Shown piece after piece: positions 10,047-19,377 of a DNA stretch of 64,000 nt; the first letter of the stretch is position 1; every line of letters starts with the position of its first letter. The stretch lies in the sequence record DRR378314_1513; one strand, given 5' to 3'. The notes beneath the pieces were generated by a model. That model ran no database searches. It had not been told where the DNA came from and worked only from the letters and a program-made list of their open reading frames with translations. The position numbers and the translations under genes were made by a program.

Positions 10047-13000
10047 ATGACACGTGGGCTGATCATCACACTTCTCATGTCGACAGCCCTCCCTGCCTGG
10101 GCTGTCGAAATCGACGATAGCACGACCACGCCTGTACAGACTTCCACGGCCAATAATGGCTCAGCCGATGATGTGGAAGTCACCGAAGATGGTGAAATTG
10201 ACCTTACTGAACAGCCTGGCACGACCGCTATCACAGTAGATTCTAACAACTCCGTCACCAATGAGGGAGAAATTGTCGCCGAAGACACTGACAATGTAAC
10301 AGCCATTGCCGTGCAAGCCGACGTTACCGCAGACATCACTCATATCGGTTCGATAGATCTCTACGAAGATTATGATCGTGAAGACGAAGATGACGACGAC
10401 GATGATGATGGTCCGCTGGCGGTAGGCTCCAATCGTATCGGGATCAACGTCGCATCCGGCGGGACAGTCACCGGAGACATTCTGCTTGATTACGGATCAA
10501 CTCTCTACATTGAAGGAAATGACTCCGCAGGCGTGATTGTAGGCTCTTCACTTGCTGGCGATTATACGCAGCAAGGAACCATCTCGGTGATTGGCGACAA
10601 TGCGCGCGGATTGGCATTTGAGGACGATGTCGATGGCGACATTCTGATCAGCGGAACCATCACCGCTCAGGGACAGAACGCCTCGGCTCTGGAGATTGAA
10701 GGAGACGTCAGCGGGAACGTCACTATCGAAAGCACGATCAGCTCTACAGGCTTCACCAGCACGAGTGCTACAAACTATGTCGCCCCTATCTACGTCGACG
10801 ACGACACGGAGGCCGTGGAAGACCGGCTTGACGAAGATGACCTGTATGACAACGCCACTGCCGTGCGGATCACCGGAAGCCTCGGTCATGGATTGCTGAT
10901 AAATGGGGCTGTAGACGACTTCACCTCCGAAGAGGACGAAGACGACGAGACAAAAGACACAATCGACGATTTCGATGAAAATCGAACTGCAGGCCGCATA
11001 TACAGCTACGGCTCTGCACCAGCGTTGAGTATTCAGGCCGACTCTGGTGAAGCACTCGTCTTGTCGGGCGTTGTAGAAACTGTTCGCGACACGACCGATG
11101 ACGACGATGATGACGACCTGGATGAGATTCTCGCAACATTTTCATATGATCAGGGGCTGATAAATCGCGGAACAATTTATGCGACCGGCCAGAACATCGG
11201 CTTCGATGCGACCGCTCTATCCATCAATGGGTCGAACGATGAGACCGGCACAGTCTCCATCGAAGGAGGCATTCTTAACACCGGGTCGATTCAGGCAACG
11301 GCCTATGAGGCATCCTCGACCGCCCTTTTACTAGGCAGCGGCACGTCAATTGGATCGCTGGAAAACTCCGGATCCATCAGCTCCACAATCTACACGCTCA
11401 CGAACGATGTGGCCAATGGGCTGGTCATCTCGGACGGAAGCGAGCTCGAAACCATCGTGAACTCGGGCACGATTTCTGCTTCCTCCAATGGATATGGTGG
11501 ACAGGTCACAGCCATTCTGGATGAAAGCGACACTCTGCGTTCCATCACCAATACGGGTGTAATATCAGGGATATTGATCTCTGATGGGCGGGAAGATGAT
11601 GAGACCGGCTTACAAATTGCGATTGACCTGTCTTCCCAAAATGGTGGCGCCACAATCCGGCAGTATCAGGAAACGCCGACTGAAGATGTGAACGGCGACG
11701 ACGAGATTGATGAAGACGATGTAACAGAGCCAACCATTTACGGCGATGTGCTCTTCGGTAGCGGCGACGATGTTCTCGAAATTCTGGACGGTGGTGTCGC
11801 AGGAGACATTTACTTTGGTGAAGGCTCTGCAAACTTTGTTCTGTCAAACTCCGAATTTGTTGGGGACACCTATTTCGATGGCACAACGCTGAGCCTCAGT
11901 ATTGAAAATTCCGAAGTTGAAGGTGACGTCGATTTTGGCACCGCATCCGGAACATTGAATTTTCTGTCGTCCACACTGTTTAGCGGAAATCTGACTAGCC
12001 GTGCTTATGGCCTCAACGCCTCAATTTCCGAGTCTGAAATCATACTCTTGGAAGACACTTCCTTGAACCTGGCAACACTCGCCGTGACTGGGTCTTCAAT
12101 TCTTGATTTCGAGATTGATCCACAAAATCTCAAGACAACTCCCTTCATTTCTGTATCCGGCACAGCATCCATTGGCAGCGACACGACGATCCGTCCCACG
12201 CTAACGTCGTTCATTGATGATGACTTCCAAGTGGACTTGATTGAAGCTGGCTTTCTATCATTCGATGAAAAATCCGCTGAACTCGCGACAGACAATGTTC
12301 CGTGGATCTACAACGTCTCGCTTCAGACTGAGAGCTCTGAGACAGATATGCTCAGCCTCGATTTCAAGCTGAAATCGGCTGAGGAACTGCAACTTGATAG
12401 CAATCAGTCGAACGCCTTAAGCGCCGTACTGGAAGTTGCGATGGATGATGATGATTTCGGCTCGGCCGTAACACAGTTGTATACGGAGCATGATTTCCAG
12501 GAAGCCTACAATCTGTTGCTTCCACAGCGGACTGACGCTGCAACACGATACCTGGAATCTCAGTCCAATGCAGCGTTCGGCGCCCTGAGTGACCATCTGG
12601 AGTTCGCCCGCGCATCCAGCGAATCTGGCAACGGCGCCTGGGTACAGGAGACCTATTCTCATGTGAGCTATGACGGATCAAACGATGGCCCTGGCTATGA
12701 TGGTCGGGGCCTCGGCCTCGCGCTCGGTTATGACCACTCAATCTTCGGCATTGATGCAATCGGCATCATGGGCACCATGACGGACGGCAAATTCGAAGAA
12801 AAGACCGGCGGCTCCAATCCTGTCACGATGAAAAGTCTTGGTATAGGCCTCTACGCCACCGAACAGTTGGGTCCTATCAATCTGCAAGCGGTTGGGCAGA
12901 TTGCGAAGGTCGATCACTCTAGCTATCGAGAAATCAACCTTGAAGACTACACCTCCGAAGTCAGCGGGACATGGGACGGTCAGACATTAGCTGCCTCGGC

Positions 13001-13511
13001 TGTCGCCTCTACAGAGTTTGGAGCCGGTCCCTTCCGAATATCGCCTTCTGTCGGCCTGGACTATTTCAAACTGGATCAAGATAGTTATTCGGAAACAGCT
13101 TCCAATGGGCTAAACTTGTGGATCAGCGACGCGACCACTGACAAGGTTACAGCAGATGCTGGGCTGAGCTTCGTCTATGTATGGCGGGGCGGCGGCGATC
13201 CTAACCGCACCGGTCCGGCCTACTCCAGTTACACGAAATCAAACCGTGACCGCCCACTTGTTCGGGCGGGACTTGATATCGGGTATCGGTCAACACTCTC
13301 TACAACACCCTATGAAGTCGAAGCCGGTTTCGTTGGCTACGAACAATCCTTCGCCCTGAAAGCCACAGAGGAATTCGGTGACGCCGCAACACTCGGGCTC
13401 TCATTGCTTGCGGGTTCGGAACTTCTGAAAATCAGATTTGGCATTGATGGCGAGCTTTCAACCGACGCAACCGCCGTGACAGCCAATGCTGCCGTCAAAC
13501 TTCGCTTTTAG
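10047..13511 (+). CDS. Autotransporter-type outer-membrane protein with very acidic passenger
   Basis: Signal peptide MTRGLIITLLMSTALPAWA; N/G-rich beta-helix-like repeats (INRGTI, NSGSI, NTGVI); about 300-aa C-terminal barrel ending VKLRF. Confidence 0.85.
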   Translation: MTRGLIITLLMSTALPAWAVEIDDSTTTPVQTSTANNGSADDVEVTEDGEIDLTEQPGTTAITVDSNNSVTNEGEIVAEDTDNVTAIAVQADVTADITHIGSIDLYEDYDREDEDDDDDDDGPLAVGSNRIGINVASGGTVTGDILLDYGSTLYIEGNDSAGVIVGSSLAGDYTQQGTISVIGDNARGLAFEDDVDGDILISGTITAQGQNASALEIEGDVSGNVTIESTISSTGFTSTSATNYVAPIYVDDDTEAVEDRLDEDDLYDNATAVRITGSLGHGLLINGAVDDFTSEEDEDDETKDTIDDFDENRTAGRIYSYGSAPALSIQADSGEALVLSGVVETVRDTTDDDDDDDLDEILATFSYDQGLINRGTIYATGQNIGFDATALSINGSNDETGTVSIEGGILNTGSIQATAYEASSTALLLGSGTSIGSLENSGSISSTIYTLTNDVANGLVISDGSELETIVNSGTISASSNGYGGQVTAILDESDTLRSITNTGVISGILISDGREDDETGLQIAIDLSSQNGGATIRQYQETPTEDVNGDDEIDEDDVTEPTIYGDVLFGSGDDVLEILDGGVAGDIYFGEGSANFVLSNSEFVGDTYFDGTTLSLSIENSEVEGDVDFGTASGTLNFLSSTLFSGNLTSRAYGLNASISESEIILLEDTSLNLATLAVTGSSILDFEIDPQNLKTTPFISVSGTASIGSDTTIRPTLTSFIDDDFQVDLIEAGFLSFDEKSAELATDNVPWIYNVSLQTESSETDMLSLDFKLKSAEELQLDSNQSNALSAVLEVAMDDDDFGSAVTQLYTEHDFQEAYNLLLPQRTDAATRYLESQSNAAFGALSDHLEFARASSESGNGAWVQETYSHVSYDGSNDGPGYDGRGLGLALGYDHSIFGIDAIGIMGTMTDGKFEEKTGGSNPVTMKSLGIGLYATEQLGPINLQAVGQIAKVDHSSYREINLEDYTSEVSGTWDGQTLAASAVASTEFGAGPFRISPSVGLDYFKLDQDSYSETASNGLNLWISDATTDKVTADAGLSFVYVWRGGGDPNRTGPAYSSYTKSNRDRPLVRAGLDIGYRSTLSTTPYEVEAGFVGYEQSFALKATEEFGDAATLGLSLLAGSELLKIRFGIDGELSTDATAVTANAAVKLRF

Positions 13512-13553
13512 TCACGCCGACTATCTAAATTCCTTGCTCAAGGACGCAAAATC

Positions 13554-16154
13554 ATGAGCCGTAAAACCAAAACTCTAGCGATCTCATTGCTGCTTTCATC
13601 AGCAGTTGTCAGTACGCTCCAACTCCCTGCTCTGGCACAGGCAGAAATCTTGGAAAATACTGGCACGATCGAACGCATTATCGTTAATGGCAACCAACGG
13701 ATCGAAGATCGAACTGTTCTGTCATACATTCTCGTCGAGCCCGGCTCCAGTTTTGATGCAAACCGTATCGATCTATCCTTGAAATCGCTCTTCGCGACCG
13801 GACTTTTCGCGGATGCGAAGTTCGACCGCGTTGGAAATCAGCTGGTTATCACCCTCGTCGAAAATCCAATCGTCAGCCGTGTGATGATTGAAGGAAACAA
13901 GGCAATGGCAGAAGACAAGATCCGTGAGGAGATACAGATCGCTCCCCGGGGGGTGTTCACTGCAGCCAGGATGCAGGCTGATGTTCAGCGCATCATGGAA
14001 CTCTACCGGCAATCCGGCAGATTTGCCGCCAAGGTTACACCAGAGTATGTGCCTTTGGACCAAAACCGCGTGGATGTCATATTCTCGATCACCGAAGGGC
14101 CGGTATCGGGCGTGCGCGCGATCAACTTCCTTGGCAATGAGGAATACTCCGACAATAGACTTCGCAAGGAGATCGTAACGCGTCAATCGCGGTGGTGGCA
14201 GTTCTTTTCTTCCAACGACAATTACGACCCTGGACGGATGGAATACGATCGCGATCTCTTGCGACAGTTCTATCAGAACAAGGGATACTATGATTTCCGT
14301 GTAGAATCCGCCGTCGCGGAACTTACACCGGATCAGAAAGATTTCTACATCACCTATACGATTGATGAGGGTGAGATCTATCGTTTTGGAGAGGTCAACG
14401 TAGAAACGGAATTGGAGAAGCTCAACACTGACGCCTTGCGCGCATCACTGTCTGCTAAATCGGGGGATCTGTTCAGAGGGGACACAATCGAGCAATCGAT
14501 CGACGGCCTCACCTATGTCGCAGGCATCGGAGGCTATGCTTTCATCGACGTTCGGTCTGAGATCTCGGCAGATATGGAAACCAAAACTGTGAATGTCACC
14601 TTTCATGTCAATGAAGGACCACGTGTCTATATCAATCGGATTAATATCGTCGGAAACACACAAACACTGGATCGCGTCATTCGACGAGAGCTTCGCATCA
14701 ATGAAGGCGACGCCTTCAACCGGGTTCTGCTCGACAGGTCTCGTAACCGGGTTCGAGCGCTAGGCTACTTCAAAGACGTCGAAGTTACCGAGCTTCCCAC
14801 TGCAGACCCGGATCAGATTGATGTGGACCTGAAAGTGACAGAACAACCAACTGGCGAGATGAGCTTTTCTGCCGGCTTCTCTTCGTCAGAGTCTTTCCTG
14901 GTCGACGTCAGCGTAGCGCAACGCAACGTGCTCGGGCGTGGGCAGTCGGCCTCAGCGCGAGTTTCAACGTCTGCGCTACAGCAAATCCTGGACCTGCAGT
15001 TTACCGAGCCGCGCTTCCTGGATCGCAACATGTCAGCCGGACTTGGCGCATTTGCCACCCGTCTCGACTATTCAGACACTGATCTCGGGGGGTATACGAC
15101 CGAGTCAATGGGGGTCAGCGCGCAATTGGGTTTTCCCTTGTCAGACCGGCTACAGCTCGGCCTGAAATATACGCTTCAGAATGACAAGATCGATGTCGTC
15201 GATCAGAGTATTGTTATTGACGAAGATAGCGGAGAACGACTGACATCAGAATATACAGTCGATGATGGCGGCACACCTGGAGACACTAGTGACGACATCA
15301 CAGGGGTCACCTATGTGAGCGCCGATGACGTACCGTTACCAGACGGTTCCCTGATCGTAGATGTTTGTGACATCCGTTATCTCAATCGATATTCACTCTG
15401 CTCTAGTGAACGCTCGGAGATTTCTTCGATTGTTGGATACAACCTGTTGCTCGACATGAAGAACGATCCGCTTGAGCCAACAGGAGGCTTTGACCTTCTG
15501 TTCGGACAGGATGTGTCGGGCTTCGGTGGAGATGTGAATTTCATCCGCACCAACGCGTCGATGAATCTTTACCAGGGAATTACTAAAAGTGTCGTCGCCA
15601 GCCTGCGATTGTCTGGCGGATACATAGAACCCTATGGGACAAGCGAAGGTAACTCCGAATACGGTCAAACGACGCCGCAGGGCGTTCGCATCAACAATCG
15701 CTTTTTCAAAGGTGGAAACAGTTTCCGGGGATTTGACACCGCCGGTCTTGGGCCGCGCATCGTTCAGATCATACAGAACGATGACGGCACAGAAACCGTA
15801 AAACGCCTGAATGCACTTGGTGGCAACGCCTTCTACCAAGCCAGCCTTGACCTCTCAATTCCGAACTACCTTCCCGAGGAATATGGCATCAAGACAGGCT
15901 TGTTTCTCGAGGCAGGCTCTGTCGGATTGCTCAGTGACGTCGACAAGAGCGATCCAGTTGAGTTTACTGACACTTATGGACGCGACGCCGTCCAATTGAT
16001 TGAAGACGAGTTATCCCTGCGCGCATCAACAGGATTGAGTGTGTACTGGACATCTCCATTCGGCCCCATTCGGTTCGACTTCAGCCATATCCTGAAAAGT
16101 GAAGAGTATGACCGAACTGAATCGTTCCGTTTCAGCACATCAACGCGGTTCTAG
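13554..16154 (+). CDS. bamA: Outer-membrane protein assembly factor BamA (probable paralog)
   Basis: Five POTRA repeats, FRGF loop-6 motif, YWTSPFGPIRFDF, C-terminal STRF. Confidence 0.93.
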   Translation: MSRKTKTLAISLLLSSAVVSTLQLPALAQAEILENTGTIERIIVNGNQRIEDRTVLSYILVEPGSSFDANRIDLSLKSLFATGLFADAKFDRVGNQLVITLVENPIVSRVMIEGNKAMAEDKIREEIQIAPRGVFTAARMQADVQRIMELYRQSGRFAAKVTPEYVPLDQNRVDVIFSITEGPVSGVRAINFLGNEEYSDNRLRKEIVTRQSRWWQFFSSNDNYDPGRMEYDRDLLRQFYQNKGYYDFRVESAVAELTPDQKDFYITYTIDEGEIYRFGEVNVETELEKLNTDALRASLSAKSGDLFRGDTIEQSIDGLTYVAGIGGYAFIDVRSEISADMETKTVNVTFHVNEGPRVYINRINIVGNTQTLDRVIRRELRINEGDAFNRVLLDRSRNRVRALGYFKDVEVTELPTADPDQIDVDLKVTEQPTGEMSFSAGFSSSESFLVDVSVAQRNVLGRGQSASARVSTSALQQILDLQFTEPRFLDRNMSAGLGAFATRLDYSDTDLGGYTTESMGVSAQLGFPLSDRLQLGLKYTLQNDKIDVVDQSIVIDEDSGERLTSEYTVDDGGTPGDTSDDITGVTYVSADDVPLPDGSLIVDVCDIRYLNRYSLCSSERSEISSIVGYNLLLDMKNDPLEPTGGFDLLFGQDVSGFGGDVNFIRTNASMNLYQGITKSVVASLRLSGGYIEPYGTSEGNSEYGQTTPQGVRINNRFFKGGNSFRGFDTAGLGPRIVQIIQNDDGTETVKRLNALGGNAFYQASLDLSIPNYLPEEYGIKTGLFLEAGSVGLLSDVDKSDPVEFTDTYGRDAVQLIEDELSLRASTGLSVYWTSPFGPIRFDFSHILKSEEYDRTESFRFSTSTRF

Positions 16155-16163
16155 GTGCAGAGT

Positions 16164-17576
16164 TCAGGCATCGGCTTTCAGCGGCAGGGCAATCGTCGCC
16201 AGCAAGCCCCCTTCTTCCAGGTTCTCAAGACTTATCCGGCCACCATGGGCTTCCACGAGGGTCTTGGCGATATGCAGGCCAAGACCATGCCCCCCGGTTT
16301 TCCGATTGCGAGACTCCTCCAGGCGAACAAGAGGCTCAAAGACGCGATCTATGGCGTCCACAGGAATACCGGGGCCAGAGTCTCGAACTTGAATCGTCGC
16401 CATGCCTTGACGTTCCGACAGCTCAACAGAAGCACGCTCGCCATAGCGAACGGCATTCTCGATCAGGTTTCTCAACGATCTGGTCAATTCATCCGACCGT
16501 CCCATCACAATCGGTCGATGGTCCGTCTCCACAAAAGAAACGGCCAACCCCAGATCGGCCAGATCCTCGACAAGACTGTCTACCAGCGAAAACAAATCCA
16601 GAGGCTGAAAAGGCTTACCCGATTGTCCAGCAGTCGCGGCGGCCAGTGCGGCTTCCGTGATACGTTCCAACTCAAACAAGGCCCGCCTCATTCGCTCACG
16701 TTCGTTCGCGTCGGCCAACATCTCTACTTTCAACTTCAATGAAGTAATCGGCGTTCGCAAATCATGGCCTATGGCTGCCAGCAATTGTCGTTGACCTGCA
16801 ACTGTGCTCTCTAACCGGCGCCCCATGCGATTGAAGGCGCGCAAAGACTCTCGCACGTCGTAGGGGCCCTGTTCAGCAAGCGGTTGATGAGTGTAATCAG
16901 AGGCGAGTGTATTCGCGGCCTTCGCCATTTGCCGAAGTGGATTGATGGCATTCATGGCTGCCCATACGCCGATCCCGATCATCAGAACGACCAATACAGC
17001 GACGGGCAACAAGCCCGGTCCGGGTCCCTCAAGCTTAATGGGCGTTGTCCGCAAATTGATCCACGTTCCCTCACTAACTTCGATAGACACCATAATGCGC
17101 TGCCCCAACCCGAAGTCTCGCTGAGGCTGGGGAGAAGCATCCGCATCTGGAGGACCAGCAGGCCGGCTACCATCTTCCGGAGGACCGAACTCCGTCAACT
17201 CGCGGAAATCGCCTGGTCGCCCCATCCTTGGCCCGAAAAAGCGCACTCCAACAGCAACGCTATCAGCCAGACTCAAATGCGCGCGAAGTTCCTCTTCCCT
17301 ATAACTCGAACCAGGTCGCGCTATTGGATGGTCTCCGACGAAGTAATCATCCAGTTTGAGGCGTTTCAATTCCTCAACCGGAAGACTTTGCGGCCAACCC
17401 TGTACTTGCAGCTCAGACAATGCCGACTGTGCAACTCGCATAGCTCTACCCGGCAGGTCATCGCGCGATGACATCTGGAACTGGACGATGACGAACACCA
17501 AAATGAAGGTTGACAGAACCGCCATGATGACCAGCATGACGATCCGAGCAAGGAGTGTATCAAAGCGATGTAGCAT
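16164..17576 (-). CDS. Membrane sensor histidine kinase (HAMP-HisKA-HATPase)
   Basis: GHDLRTP, NLIENAVRYG, DSGPG, GHGLGL; TGATG coupling to regulator. Confidence 0.93.
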   Translation of the reverse strand: MLHRFDTLLARIVMLVIMAVLSTFILVFVIVQFQMSSRDDLPGRAMRVAQSALSELQVQGWPQSLPVEELKRLKLDDYFVGDHPIARPGSSYREEELRAHLSLADSVAVGVRFFGPRMGRPGDFRELTEFGPPEDGSRPAGPPDADASPQPQRDFGLGQRIMVSIEVSEGTWINLRTTPIKLEGPGPGLLPVAVLVVLMIGIGVWAAMNAINPLRQMAKAANTLASDYTHQPLAEQGPYDVRESLRAFNRMGRRLESTVAGQRQLLAAIGHDLRTPITSLKLKVEMLADANERERMRRALFELERITEAALAAATAGQSGKPFQPLDLFSLVDSLVEDLADLGLAVSFVETDHRPIVMGRSDELTRSLRNLIENAVRYGERASVELSERQGMATIQVRDSGPGIPVDAIDRVFEPLVRLEESRNRKTGGHGLGLHIAKTLVEAHGGRISLENLEEGGLLATIALPLKADA

Positions 17577-18310
17577 CACAGCTTTTTTACATCCGCTGCA
17601 AATACATATCCGCCTCCCCAAACCGTTTGAATAATATCCGGGTTCTTGGGATCTCGTTCTATTTTTTTCCTGAAACGGCTAACCTGGCTGTCGACACTTC
17701 GATCAAATACGTCCGCGCCTTCTGCATGCGACAATTCCACAATTCGCTCGCGCGACATGACAATCTGTGGACGCGCGATGAAGATCATCAGAAGCTGGAA
17801 CTCACCGCTACTCAACGAAACAATCACGCCATCATCACGCGTCAAACAACGCTTTGCTGTGTCGAGCGTCCAACGGTCAAACTCAAAGTAACGCGTCTTT
17901 TCGGGTGTCATTTCCCGGTTGTTGCCATTCGAGCGCCGCAGGACTGAACGTACTCGCGCTAACAGTTCGCGGGGATTGAATGGCTTGCACACATAATCAT
18001 CTGCGCCAACCTCGAGTCCAACGATACGGTCGATCTCATCAGTTCTCGCGCTAATGAACACTATTGGGATAGAAGTAAGACGGACAATTGAACGACACAG
18101 ACTGATCCCGTCCTCGCCTGGCATCATGACATCGAGCAGAATGAGGTCGGGCTCTTCGGAGTGTATTGCACGGCGCGCGGCCGGCGCGTTCTCCGCTGTC
18201 GATACCCGATAGCCATTCTCGGTCAGATAGGCTCGCAAGTCTTCCCGGATGTCACGGTCGTCATCTATCACCAGAATATGCTCTGGGGCGTTAGTGGCTG
18301 GATCTGGCAT
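17576..18310 (-). CDS. OmpR-family response regulator
   Basis: LLDVMMPGEDG, GADDYVCKPF, winged helix IQTVWGGGY; ATG 18310 after AGGAG. Confidence 0.93.
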   Translation of the reverse strand: MPDPATNAPEHILVIDDDRDIREDLRAYLTENGYRVSTAENAPAARRAIHSEEPDLILLDVMMPGEDGISLCRSIVRLTSIPIVFISARTDEIDRIVGLEVGADDYVCKPFNPRELLARVRSVLRRSNGNNREMTPEKTRYFEFDRWTLDTAKRCLTRDDGVIVSLSSGEFQLLMIFIARPQIVMSRERIVELSHAEGADVFDRSVDSQVSRFRKKIERDPKNPDIIQTVWGGGYVFAADVKKL

Positions 18311-18367
18311 CGCCAGAGTCTCCTGAACAGAAATTTCAATCAGATCATTACAGATAGGATAAACTTG

Positions 18368-18385
18368 TTGCCAAGTTGTGTCGCG
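18368..18385 (-). promoter_or_regulatory. Copy of motif CGCGACACAACTTGGCAA upstream of response regulator
   Basis: 16/18 identity to 9896-9913(+). Confidence 0.45.
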
Positions 18386-18754
18386 GCTGCAGATGATGGG
18401 CTTGATCCTGCATTCGCGGCATAATCGTTCGACGAACACGCTATCAGATTTTCGATATTTCAAATCCGTAATGCAGTGTTGCGCACTGCCACATCTTGCC
18501 ATCACTTTTGTCGGAACCGGCATATCCTCTCAACATGGACGGAGCATGTTCTCACCATCAGCTCTGGGGAATTTCCCGGAACAATAATGATGAGAGATGC
18601 CCCAATGCCGAAGTTCACTGCCACGTCGACTGCAAGGACCAGCTCTTATTCAAGCCCAGTCATAGAAATCATCGCATCAGATAGGACAGTCCCAGTCCGC
18701 CCCTTGCTCACCGAACCTCCCTTTGGGTGCAACAATAGATGCGATGAGAGGGAG

Positions 18755-19375
18755 GTGTCACGCGTCCCCTACGTCTCACCCAGTGACGCCTCCCTCACCT
18801 CCCCCTTTACCGGGCGGCACCCGAAACGGACTTCCACCACCAAGCTCGCCGTTTTGGGCATAGGCGCAGCGTTTTTGCTGGCCGCCTGCGCATCATCCTC
18901 ACGACCAGGGCCTCCCACCGGTCGAGACAAAGATGATCGCGCCCGCCCGGTGCCCTCACAACCGATGTCGGCTCCGCCCATCGCACTCCTGTTTGCTGGA
19001 ATGGACACAAACCAGGATCACATAGTCACACTCTCAGAGGCTCAGCAGGGCACTGAGATGGAGTGGCTGTCAGTATTTGGAGCAAAGAGCGATTATCGGA
19101 CCGCAATCGAGATGACCCAATGGTCAAGTACAGCACTTGGAGATCCGAACGCCTTACCCAATCCTATAGCATTCGACAGCAATTTGGACGGCCGCATCAC
19201 CCCGCAGGAGTTCCGAACACGTCTAATCGACATATTCGAAACATTCGATAGGGACCACAACGGACACCTCACCCGCGCAGAGCTTTTGGCAGCTTCCGAA
19301 ATCACAAATCGGATGGATCAACCGACACCTCAGGGTTCTAACCGCCGTGCACCTCCACCTCGCGGGCGGCAATAG
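18755..19375 (+). CDS. EF-hand domain lipoprotein (start uncertain; frame open from 18476)
   Basis: Lipobox LAAC; EF loops DTNQDHIVTLSE, DSNLDGRITPQE, DRDHNGHLTRAE. Confidence 0.75.
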   Translation: MSRVPYVSPSDASLTSPFTGRHPKRTSTTKLAVLGIGAAFLLAACASSSRPGPPTGRDKDDRARPVPSQPMSAPPIALLFAGMDTNQDHIVTLSEAQQGTEMEWLSVFGAKSDYRTAIEMTQWSSTALGDPNALPNPIAFDSNLDGRITPQEFRTRLIDIFETFDRDHNGHLTRAELLAASEITNRMDQPTPQGSNRRAPPPRGRQ

Positions 19376-19377
19376 GC

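Noticed and set aside
13554-16154. TamA or TpsB rather than BamA
   Set aside because: Five POTRA domains and BamA C-terminal motifs; no tamB; the neighbour has its own barrel
18755-19375. Lanmodulin
   Set aside because: The EF loops lack the position-2 Pro of lanmodulin, and no xox or lanthanide genes are nearby
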